64,000 nucleotides of DNA from Octopus sinensis (taxonomy: Eukaryota), in contig NC_042998.1 in assembly GCF_006345805.1 (NCBI RefSeq), forward strand, positions 14,880,001-14,944,000. The letters run 5' to 3'. The stretch's first letter is position 1; every line of letters begins with the position of its first letter. Below the pieces are notes generated by a model. That model was not told where the DNA came from, searched no databases, and saw only the letters and a list, made by a program, of their open reading frames with translations. Of the stretch, positions 53,101 through 64,000 are shown piece after piece. Both the position numbers and the translations under genes were made by a program.

Positions 53101-54168
53101 ATAAAGGTAGCAAAAAAAAAACAAGAAAAATTCAAGAAAAATTTTCTGCAACCAGCGGTCAAGTCAGAAAATAGAAATAGTCACAGACTATATAATATAT
53201 TCAACAATAGTATTAAGGAATGACCCTGACAGGTCGTTCAACTCACTTGAAAAGAGCAGCTAAACTCAAACCGCAAAAATTGTAGTAATTCTGAAACTAA
53301 AGGAGAAATAAAAACATTTATCCCCTTCAACTTTGTACCCTGCAAGGTTTCAACATTTTTACGTAATCGAATTTAATTAAATTAAATTAAATCCGTTTAC
53401 GATTGGCTTGTCTCATCAGCAAAGTCGCCAAAGAAAAGGAGAACATATACACACGAGGCAGCACCATCGAAGCCTCGAGTTTATATATCCTAAATTTTCG
53501 AAATCCACCGTAACCGCGCCAACTACTCTGCAGCAAATATAAACTGCTGATACAATTTCAGAATTAGTCAAAAAATCATTAATTAATCAATATAAGGGTA
53601 GCAAAAAAAAATTCAAGTTTAGCTGCTCTTTTCAAGTGAGTTGAACGACCTGTCAGGGTCATTCCTTAATACTATTGTTGAATATATTATATAGTCTGTG
53701 ACTATTTCTATTTTCTCACTTGACCGCTGGTTGCAGAAAATTTTTCTTGAATTTTTCTTGAATTTTTTTGCTACCCTTATATTGATTAATTAATGATTTT
53801 TTGACTAATTCTGAAATTGTATCAGCAGTTTATATTTGCTGCAGAGTAGTTGGCGCGGTTACGGTGGATTTCGAAAATTTAGGATATATAAACTCGAGGC
53901 TTCGATGGTGCTGCCTCGTGTGTATATGTTCTCCTTTTCTTTGGCGACTTTGCTGATGAGACAAGCCAATCGTAAACGGATTTAATTTAATTTAATTAAA
54001 TTCGATTACGTAAAAATGTTGAAACCTTGCAGGGTACAAAGTTGAAGGGGATAAATGTTTTTATTTCTCCTTTAGTTTCAGAATTACTACTATTTTGCGG
54101 TTTGAGTTTAGCTGCTCTTTTCAAGTGAGTTGAACGAACCTGTCAGGGTCATTCCTTAATACTATTAT
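53101..54168. mobile_element. Retrozyme/Penelope-like element: two head-to-head, differently permuted copies of a ~490-bp unit
   Basis: 53101-53617 (-) and 53616-54168 (+) contain the same sequence, each with terminal redundancy (periods 491 and 489); flanked by (TA)n. Confidence 0.8.
53945..54044 (+). ncRNA. Type I hammerhead ribozyme, canonical (mirror copy at 53328-53427 on -)
   Basis: CGACTTTG CTGATGA GACA..TGTT GAAA CCTTGCAGGG TA CAAAGTTG; 8-bp stem I, perfect core, GUA site after 54036. Confidence 0.85.
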
Positions 54169-54209
<41 letters not shown>

Positions 54210-54212
<3 letters not shown>

Positions 54213-54470
54213 TTAGTGCATCGGACTTACAGTCGATTCCCAGCCCGGGCTGCGTGTTGCGTTCTTGAGCAAGGCACTTCATTTCACGTCGCTCCAATTC
54301 ACTCAGCTATAGAAACGAGTAGCGACGTCCCTCGTTCCCAGCTGTATCAGCCTTTCCCTTTCCCTTGGATAACACCAGTGGCAGGGAGAGGGGAAGCTGG
54401 TATGCATGGGCAACTGTTGGTCTTCCTTAAACAACTTTGCCCGGACCAGTGCCTCGTAGAGTAACTCTCT
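54210..54470 (+). mobile_element. tRNA-headed SINE, degenerate
   Basis: ggttagtgcatcggac..tcgattccc..ttcttgagcaaggcacttcatttcacg, as at 25020. Confidence 0.65.
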
Positions 54471-55188
54471 GACCATTCTGCCAGCTCGCCGCCTTGAAGG
54501 TTAAATAGTAATGGCAGTAATTTATAGTTGAGTGGATGAGGCCGTCAAGAAACTAAATGTTTGTATGACTGATTCTCAATCGTCTTGACTTAGATAAGTT
54601 AAGACCACATCACATGGAATGTTAAAAATAGTTTTAAAACTGAAAAGTTAAAAATAACATATATATAAGAAGCTAATATTTCATTAGTCATTTTCTTTTA
54701 TAACAAGTTTATGAATAAAAACGTTTTTAAGACGATTAAAATATAAGTATTGATTATCCAAAGTTTTAAATATAAACTTTTTACCAGTTCAAATAAGCTT
54801 GAGACATATTCGAATCCGTAAGAAATATATTGACTGCGTTTTGTCATGGAAAAAATTTTCTCGCTGTAGACAAAAAGGTGTAAAGACAAAATCAGTCTGG
54901 AGTACCCTCTATCCAGATTGATGACTGCATGCATTTTAGAGTAGTTATCTCGTCTTCAGCATCTAACAGTGGAAAGCGAGGCGCGAGGAACTAACTACGG
55001 GAGAGCAGATTTCTTTTATATTCCAGTCAAAGCGTTGTGACCGGTTGCGCTGATCGGTGGCCCATTCGTAGTAACATGGACTAGAAGCACTTCACTCTTG
55101 CAGTGCAATGCTTGACGATCACCAGTCTATATCGCGGCTCACTTAAATACCCACGATAGAATACTAATATTCACTCTATATCGCTATA

Positions 55189-55497
55189 TGTGGAGGCGCA
55201 ATGGCCCAGTCGTTAGGGCAGCGGAGTCGCGGTCGTAGAATCGTGGTTTCGATTCCCAGACCGGGCGTTGTGAGTGTTTATTGAGCGAAAACACCTAAAA
55301 GCTCCACGAGGCACCGGCAGGGTGTGATGATCCCTGCTGTACTCTTTCACCACTCTTTCTCTCACTCTTTCTTCTGTTGGCCTGCTCGCTTAGCCAGCGG
55401 GGTGGCGTCATTCGAAGGCTAAAACAATGCGAAGCGCATTGTGACCAGCGATGTGTAGCAACACCTGCTGGTCTGGTCGGTCATGTAATCACGTGAT
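55189..55497 (+). mobile_element. SINE with family C head and a different 3' module
   Basis: first ~185 bp match the 5' part of 20793-21165 (-), then diverge. Confidence 0.8.
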
Positions 55498-55799
55498 ATC
55501 GCTATATACATAATAATCGTATCTCTCTATACGTAAACCATCAAAAGTTCTGTATTTTTGTCCTTACGCCAACTGAAAACGTAGTCGGATGATCAAGGAC
55601 ATTGCAGTTTGAATAGCATAGAGCCACTAAGATGTAAACAAAAAGAAACCTTACAGAAATACATATCACCAGTGTAAAATTATCGAACGTTTCTTTGGTT
55701 TGCAATGCTTGGGGGGAAAGCCAGAGATAAACCAATATTTCTATCCAGGAAAGAAACTGATTCACAATGCATTGACACTGTCAAACGAAGAATTAGAAC

Positions 55800-56409
55800 C
55801 AGCAGTCGCCTTATAGTACTTAGACTGCCTTTTTAGAAGTGTCAGAAGATGTACACAAATGTCAGCTGCAAAGATCATGCTTAAAATGTAAGCTCTCTTA
55901 CCAGCATCACTTCAGCAAAGATACCATACAATATAAACACGAGAACAATAATGAATGCAACTACAGAAGCTTTATAAATGTGATAAAACAGAAATGGAAT
56001 AGCGCAAATATAACTAACGTATCAAGAAATTTTACGCCACGACCGACATTGAAATCAATGAAAATATTAGAAAATAAACACGAGAAAATAGCAAAAACAG
56101 CAATATGCGAATGCTGCTGAAATAGAGAGAAAAATGTAAAGGGAAAGAAAGCGACAAGTAAAACAACAGCGCTTCACACAAATGGCATAAAATTACGGAT
56201 GAGCATAAACATGATTAAATAACTAAAAGAAAGAAGAGGGAAAAAAAATGCAAAAACATTATCCAACAGCTAAAGGCGGAAAAGCAGAGACTAAAGAGGT
56301 TTGATAAAAGAATAGAATAATTGCAGCAAAATAAAATGATTTATGAATATAAACAAAGAGACTGTATCGTACAGAAGTCGGAAAATACCCTAGCCAAAAC
56401 AAAAAAAAA

Positions 56410-56499
<90 letters not shown>

Positions 56500-56700
56500 A
56501 AAAAAAGAGAAATACTGCAATTCTGGAGAAATATCTGAGAGGAGATTTAATTGGATATAAAAATAGACGAAGCACAGGAGAAAAAGAAAAATATAAAGCA
56601 AAGAAGAAAAATATAAAAATATATAAAAGGAATAACAAAAATGTGCCTGAATAGTACAAGAGACATGAATGAATGCCACAATGGTGGAGTCGAAGGTCCC
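55800..56700 (+). mobile_element. Highly degenerate non-LTR retrotransposon coding remnant (possibly R4-like), interrupted by A/(AG)n runs
   Basis: QQLKAEKQRLKRFDKR..QQNK..FWRNI resembles the region upstream of RT in RLE elements; many stops. Confidence 0.35.
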
Positions 56701-57059
56701 GGGGAGAAGAAAAAGATGAAGGAAATTTACTGTTAATTAGAATAGATATTATAGAGAACATCTGGTTAGATTTCGTTCATAGGATAATCGCACTTAATGG
56801 AATCACGCTCGTCCGACTGAAATATCACGAGCCGAAGAAAGAGCTCCTATGGAGTGTCTCGACCGATCAGAAATAGTAACCAAATTCCATGAAATCAGCC
56901 ACTGTTGTCTGTAGAAAAAGTCACATTGGGTATTGTAATCTGGGTACCTTGCACGCACACACGCACAGACTAACACACACACAAACACAAACGAGATTTT
57001 GTGTGTCATGTGATGCTCAAGTTTGGAATGTCTTTGATCATGTAATATGTCCGATTGGT

Positions 57060-57890
57060 AAGGCGGCGAGCTGGCAGAAACGTTAGAACGCCGGGCGAAA
57101 TGCTTAGCAGTAATTCGTCTGCCGCTACGTTCTGAGTTCAAATTCCACCGAGGTCGACTTTGCCTTTCATCTTTTGGGGTTGATTAAATAAGTACCAGTT
57201 ACGCACTAGAGTCGATATAATCAACTTAATCCATTTGTCTGTCCTTGTTTGACCCCTCTGTGTGTAGCCCCTCGTGGGCAGTAAAGAAATAGGTATTTCG
57301 TTTGTCTTTAAGTTCTGAGTTCAAATTCCGCCGAGGACGACTTTGCCTTTCATCTTTTGGGGTTGATTAAATAAGTACCAGTTACGCACTAGAGTCGATA
57401 TAATCAACTTAATCCATTTGTCTGTCCTTGTTTGACCCCTCTGTGTGTAGCCCCTCGTGGGCAGTAAAGAAATAGGTATTTCGTTTGTCTTTAAGTTCTG
57501 AGTTCAAATTCCGCCGAGGTCGACTTTGCCATTCATCTTTTGGGGTTGATTAAATAAGTACCAGTTACGCACTGGAGTCGATATAATCGAATTAATCCAT
57601 TTGTCTGTCCTTGTTTGACCCCTCTGTGTGTAGCCCCTCGTGGGCAGTAAAGAAATAGGTATTTCGTCTGCCGTTACGTTCTGAGTTCAAATTCCGCCGA
57701 GGTCGACTTTGCCTTTCATCCTTTCGGGGGTCGATTAAATAAGTACCAGTTACGCACTGGAGTCGATATAATCGACTTAATCCATTTGTCTGTCCTTGTT
57801 TGACCCCTCTGTGTGTAGCCCCTCGTGGGCAGTAAAGAAATAGGTATTTCGTCTGCCGTTACGTTCTGAGTTCAATTTCCGCCGAGGTCA
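57060..57890 (+). repeat. Tandem array of family A SINE bodies, period 183-185 bp, ~4.2 units after one head
   Basis: gttctgagttcaa at 57129, 57312, 57495, 57678, 57863. Confidence 0.92.
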
Positions 57891-58429
57891 ACGCCCTCAC
57901 CGTGGTGATATGTAGCGTTAGCAAAAGCAAGTTATTGTTCTCGTTGTTACTTTAACACTTAAACCAACGTTCCCAACATTATGATTTTTGTGTCTTTAAA
58001 ATGTAACTGTAAATATTTCTTGAAATCTTATATATTCTATAGTCATAATGTCTGTTCTTTTAAAGTCTGTTTATGTATTTGAAAACATTTGAGGGTCGCA
58101 TAAGTGCTTTTCGCCATTGAGGTTACTACTACCTTGGTGACTAGCACCTCTTTCCGCTGCCACACAGGTGAAGATCTTGAAACACGAATAAACAACACAA
58201 ATGGCTTCTGAACAAAAATAGATATGCAGTTAAAAATAATGTCTAGGATTAACCTTCCTTCTAGGCACTGAAATAGGCTAGACCTTTAGATAATCTAGAA
58301 GCTTTTATGAGAAAGAACGGTAACAAAGAAATCTTTCCCCGTTACCTAATCCAGGAAGAAATCATTTCTAAATCGGGAGCCTTGATAAACATGTGCGCTT
58401 ACAAAAATAAATATTCAAGTATATCGAAG

Positions 58430-58472
<43 letters not shown>

Positions 58473-58738
58473 CCATTTTCTCGATATTTTCTGCAATTCC
58501 AAACATTGCTTTACTTATCCAACTGTGCGGTACCTTGTGATATGCATTTTCGGCAATCTAATCATGTTACATGCAGTCCCGTCAATTTGACTTTACAATT
58601 TCTAATTATCTCTTCATCAAATAATAAGTGGTCTTTTGTTGACGTACTTTGTTTCCAGCATCCTTTCTTCTGCTATTCTGGAAGTAGATTGTTACTTTCT
58701 AGATGAGTATATAGCTTTTCCACCAAGAAACCGGTCAT

Positions 58739-59137
58739 AGGCGCAGGAGTGGCTGTGTGGTAAGTAGCTGGCTAACCAACCACATGGTTCCGGGTTCAGT
58801 CCCACTGCGTGGCATCTTGGGCAAGTGTCTTCTATTATAGTCTCAGGCCGACCAATGCCTTGTGAGTGGATTTGGTAGACGGAAACTGAAAGAAGCCTGT
58901 CGTATATATGTATATATATGTAAGTGTGTGTGTGTTTGTGTGTTTGTCCCCCTAGCATTGCTTGACAACCGATGCTGGTGTATTTACGTCCCCGTCACTC
59001 AGCGGTTCGGCAAAAGAGACTGATAGAATAAGTACTAGGCTTCCAAAGAATAAGTACTGGGGTCGATTTGCTCGACTAAAGGCGGTGCTCCAGCATGGCC
59101 GCAGTCAAATGACTGAAACAACTAGAAGAGTAAGAGT
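58739..59137 (+). mobile_element. SINE family B, full length
   Basis: A/B boxes and tail as at 39330. Confidence 0.88.
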
Positions 59138-59691
59138 ATATGTTTCCTCATAAGTTGTTACCAAGTTATAGATCGAAAATTTACGCCGAGTTACTTTTTA
59201 AGGGTCCCTTGAGACATAACAGCGCTCGTCCACTTGTTATCCAGGTTGGGACGTAACCATGCTGCAGGCATTCATTTAGTTACGCAGTGACTCTTTCATG
59301 CAACTGTGTAAAGTAATTCAGCCAGTCGCCTTGTACTCCATTCGAACCAGGTCCTTTCCAGTTTTTACGAAACGAATGAAGAAAATATGGGATGAAAAAA
59401 AAAAAAAAGATTTTTTTCCCAAGCATCCGCCTAGCGACTGATAGACCAAACAACAGCAATTCCTATGAACGACTGGATTACAGGATTAGAGGTTGAAGAA
59501 ATACAGAGAAGAATAAAAAAAAAATGAGAAGGAAGAATGAGAAATAGCAGTAGCAGTAAGTGGTAAGGAAGGGGTAAGAGATGAAGAATATGATAAAGAA
59601 GGAAATCACGATGTGCCTGAGATTACAGATGAAGAAAATAGCGAAAATGATGTATCTAACTACGATAAAAACACAACAATTACAATGAGAC

Positions 59692-60069
59692 ATTAAGTCG
59701 ATTATATCCACCCCAGTGCGCAACTGGTACTTAAGTGGGTTGGCGACAGCTATTGGTTTAAGCCATGGGCAACCAAAGAGCTGCTGCAAATCTGAACAGG
59801 ATATATATATTTCTTTATTGCCCACAAGGGGCTAAACATAGAGGGGACAAACAAGGACAGACAAACGGATTAAGTCGATTATATCCACGCCAGTGCGTAA
59901 CTGGTACTTAATTTATCGACCCCGAAAGGATGACAGGCAAAGTCGACCTCGGCGGAATTTGAACCCAGAACGTTCACACGGACAAAATACCGCCAAGAAC
60001 GTAACGGCAGACGAAATACGGCTACGCATTTCGCCCGGCGTGCTAACGTTTCTGCCAGCTCGCCGCCTT
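59692..60069 (-). mobile_element. SINE family A (one full unit plus a fragment)
   Basis: homology to family A. Confidence 0.85.
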
Positions 60070-60451
60070 TCAGTTTCTATTTTCGATATGTCTCCTTGCT
60101 GTTGTAATGTGCACGTCATTACCATTGAGAACACACCAACAGATGAAACACAACAATAATTATTGTAATTTAGGCGCAAGTCCTGCACTTTGGGGGAAGA
60201 GTAGGGGCTTATCGATACTATCGGTTCCCATACTTGACTGGTACTTTATTTTAGCGACCCCAAGAAGATGAAAAGCAAAGAGACCTCGGTGTGATTTGAA
60301 CCCAGAATGTAAATAACCGGAACAAATATATAGCATAGCGTTGTGTTCCTTGGCATTCTAACGGTTCTGCCAATCCACTGTCCTGGACGCCACAACGGTA
60401 ATGACGTGAACATTACAGTAGCAAGGAGACATCATCGAAAATAGAAACTCA

Positions 60452-60918
60452 AAGGCGGCGAGCTGGCAGAAACATTAACACGCCGGGCGAAATGCGTAGC
60501 CGTATTTCGTTTGTCGCTACGTTCTGAGTTCAAATTCCGCCGAGGTCGACTTTACCTTTAATCCTTTCGGGGTCGATAAATTAAGTACCAGTTACGCACT
60601 GGGGTCGATATAATCGATTTAATCCGTTTGTCTGTCCTTGTTTGTCCCCTCTGTTTGTAGCCCCTTGTGGGCAGTAAAGAAATAAGAAACGTTAAGCACG
60701 CCGGGCGAAATGCGTAGCCGTATTTCGTATGCCGTTACGTTCTTGACGGTATTTTGTCCGTGTGAACGTTCTGGGTTCAAATTCCGCCGAGGTCAACTTT
60801 GCCTTTCATCCTTACGGGGTCGATAAATTAAGTACCAGTTACGCACTGGGGTACTTGTAATTGACTTAATCGCTTTGTCTGTCCTTGTATGTCCCCTCTA
60901 CGTATATCCCCTTGTGGG
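60452..60918 (+). mobile_element. SINE family A dimer
   Basis: homology to family A; junction aagaaataagaaacgttaagcacg. Confidence 0.85.
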
Positions 60919-61837
60919 TGTGGGATGACGTCAGCAGCTGGGGAACTGACTGGAACTTGGAGCTGACCGGAAGAGGAAGGAGCAAGAGTGACGCGCGCGC
61001 AGGCAGGGGAGCAGTGGGCCTTTTCGATCGGGGTAACCGATAGGGCTGGACGTGCGAGCGCTTCGAAAAGGTAAGGGAAAAGCAGCTGCTATTTTTAGCG
61101 TTCGGGTCGGGCCACGTGGAAGGGTGCGTTACCAACGGGGAGGTCTGCGTCGACGAAGAAAAGGTAGGTGTGTCTTTACTTCAAATCTCCCGCATACACC
61201 ACCACAATGAAGAAATGAATATTCTCCAATACCACACGCTAAAGTCTTAGAAAAGGACAGGATGGTCGTGATTGGAATGTCTTTGATCAAATATCTTGCA
61301 CGGTTATTACCAACCTGTGAGCTAAAAGAAAAACATCATGATCACTACCACTGTCGTCAATAAGAACAGCGACAAAACAACAGCAACAACAACAACAGCA
61401 ACAACAACAACAATAACAACATGGCGGCGACGTAAAGAAAAAGCGATTTACTCTAGACACAATAATTATAAAACGAAGATTAACAAACAAAAAATATAAT
61501 TGTTTTTATCAGCAATAACAACACTAAAACAAACCAAATACACAAACAATTATGCTTTAGAAGAAAACCAAACACACACAATTAAAAAAAAAAAGAATAA
61601 ATAAATAAATGAAAATAAATAAATAGAAACAAAGAAATTGCTTGTAGCAAGAACAACAACATCTACAACAGAAGCAGTAGCAGCAATAACAACGAAAACA
61701 ACAATTATAAAATGAATGCGAAACAGCAATAATAATTCTCAAAACAAGAATTGTTTCTTCATCGTAGGAAATAACACAAGAGTCGAAAGAAAAGGATTTG
61801 ATGCAGTACAATAACAGCGACTGTTGTAAGAACATCA

Positions 61838-62222
61838 GGCGTGGCTGTGTGGTAAGAAGCTTGCTTCTCAGCCACATGGTTCAGGGTTCAATTTTACTGT
61901 GTGAAACATTGAGCAAGTGCTTTATTTTTTACTACTTTTTCGGACCGACCAAAGCCTTGTGAGTGGATATTTGGTAGACGGAAACCGAAAGAAGCTTGAC
62001 GTATTATTTATGTGTTTGTATCTTTGTGTCTGTGTTTGTCCCCCTACCACCATTTGACAACCGGTGTTGGTGTGTTTACGTGACAATATCTTAGCGGTAT
62101 GGCAAAATAGACTGAAAGAATAAATACCAGGTTTTAAAGAAATAAGTTCTGGGGTCGATTCATTCGACTAGTTATTCTTCAAAACGATATCCCAGCATGA
62201 CCGTAGTCAAATGACTGAAACA
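61838..62222 (+). mobile_element. SINE family B
   Basis: homology to 58739-59137. Confidence 0.8.
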
Positions 62223-62700
62223 AACATTCTCGTGTTTGACCCTTGTGTTCGGCACTAGTCGCCATGATAGTTAGCCACTACACACATTTTTTTTCTCTCC
62301 TTGTTTTTTCTGTGTCTCTTTCTGTAGAAGAGCGTAGGCTCGAAACGTAAAAGACTTTTTCTATTCGTGAGCGTTATACTACTAATACATCTGTTTGTTT
62401 TGTACACCACCTGTCTTCGTCTTTTGTTTTTTCGTAAAGTCACCCTATATATATATATATATTGCTGAGACACCCTTCGGTCATGACTGACCGTGGGATT
62501 GCACCTAGAAAGTTACTCTTCCAGGCACAAGTCCAGGCATATATAATATGAGAGGTTTTGGTATCCAGAAGATCCAAAGTGCAGGTAAGACTATGTAAGT
62601 GCTACGGAAGGACCGGTGTTAGACTCCTGGTTCGAGAATAACTTCTTATAACCCCTTATATTGAACGCTACTATTTCCTTCTAATTAACTCTCTCATATC

Positions 62701-62748
62701 GTCTCTGATGATGGGATGTCTTTTATATCTCTGAAACAGCTGTAAAGC
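62701..62748 (+). ncRNA. Minimal hammerhead motif with decayed stem I, in module ~62545-62820 ending in (TA)n
   Basis: CTGATGA T-GGGATGT ctttt ATATCTC-T GAAA CAGCTG TA; palindromic stem III. Confidence 0.6.
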
Positions 62749-62817
62749 TACCTTTATCTTTATAAAATGCCCTAGAAATTTCACACTGCTTTAGCATTGT
62801 TGTCTCATTTTATTTAA

Positions 62818-62879
<62 letters not shown>

Positions 62880-62970
62880 TGTATGTATGTATGTATGTAT
62901 GTATGTATATATATATTTCGTTTGGGATTTGGTTTGCAAGATTCTTTATGTGAGTTTGTGTGTTGAAGCA

Positions 62971-63192
62971 TATTCTGTTGTGTTTGGGGAGAGTCATTTT
63001 CTTTTTGTGCCTAATAATTTAACACACTCGCCGGTAAAATTTCCACTTATTTCTTAATTTTATTTTTATTTTTATATCAAAATATAAAAATGAAAATAAA
63101 AATAAGAAATAAGTGGGAACTTTACCGGTGGTGTGTGTGTAAAATTATTAGGCACAAAAAGAAAATGACTCTCCCCAGACACAACAGCATAT
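62971..63192. repeat. Fold-back with ~105-bp inverted arms, fused to a fragment (63196-63312) of the 28-29 kb element
   Basis: 62971-63075 vs 63083-63192 reverse complement; 63196-63312 matches 28912-29028. Confidence 0.85.
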
Positions 63193-63306
63193 ATATTGAA
63201 CTTTACAGAAGTTCCTGCCGGTAATCGGCTATATTTACATACCGAATTCTACCAGTAAATAATTGGGGTTTTTTTAAAAGCCTTTATAGAAATTATTTAC
63301 TCTTAT

Positions 63307-63392
<86 letters not shown>

Positions 63393-64000
63393 GTTTTGCA
63401 AGATTGGGGAACACAATGGAGTAAGTGGAGCAAGAACACATGGAAACGAAAAGTGTCAGCGAAGAGGTCACAGATGTGTGACGAAAGATTTCTGGACAAT
63501 GGACAGGTGTTAAAATAACAAAATAGCAGTAATTAACGAGTGAAAAAAAATATATACATATAGTGCGTGTGTTTATTTGGCAAAAAAATTTTTAATAAAA
63601 TGACCATACCGAAATACAATATATATATGTGTGTGTTTGTTTGTGTGTGGAAGACATAAGTCAACTACATAGACCCTAGTGTGTAAATGATACTCATTTT
63701 ATTAACCCTGAATATAAAGACGGACAAAATGCTGCCAACCATTTTGTCCGGCGTGTTGGTGAATCATCCAGCTCGCCGCTTTAATAAAAATGATGATAAC
63801 GAATATCTGATTTAGGTGATGAAAGGACATCAGTTTTGAGGGAAGGGTGGAGTAGTATATACCATCGACTAAGGGGCTTGACTAGTAATTTATTTTATCG
63901 AACCCAAAATGGTCAAAAGTAAAGTTGACCTCGGATGGTTTTGAATTCAGAACCAGAACAAATACCGGTTTCGAATTTTGGCATATGACCATCAGTTTCG

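Noticed and set aside
53101-54168. Fold-backs as sequencing or assembly chimeras
   Set aside because: The arms differ by substitutions, indels and permutation, and the geometry recurs with HHR polarity in unrelated families; not fully excluded without reads

Overview
Eukaryotic, AT-rich, microsatellite- and SINE-dense DNA; the repeat landscape suggests a coleoid cephalopod, probably Octopus (inference). Bases 1.5-17.5 kb hold the 3' half of a + strand TIA1/TIAR-family RNA-binding protein gene: end of RRM2, RRM3, and a Q/G/Y-rich prion-like tail in 7 readable coding exons. It has a long, nearly transposon-free last intron with several candidate alternative or poison exons, and a ~5.5 kb 3'UTR. 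The rest has no recognisable host gene and consists of tRNA-derived SINEs, LINE fragments (CR1-like, R4/Dong-like), Tc1/mariner, piggyBac-MITE and Helitron remnants, microsatellites and one 100-N gap. The most interesting signal is a set of mostly unrelated 150-650 bp non-coding modules in or beside (TA)n tracts that carry hammerhead ribozyme (HHR) folds. Several are head-to-head fold-backs, and two have terminal redundancy or circular permutation (~490 and ~644 nt units). This points to a diverse Penelope-associated, retrozyme-like (possibly circular RNA) system, including one element with a tRNA-derived head. All folds and alignments were read by eye and none was computed.
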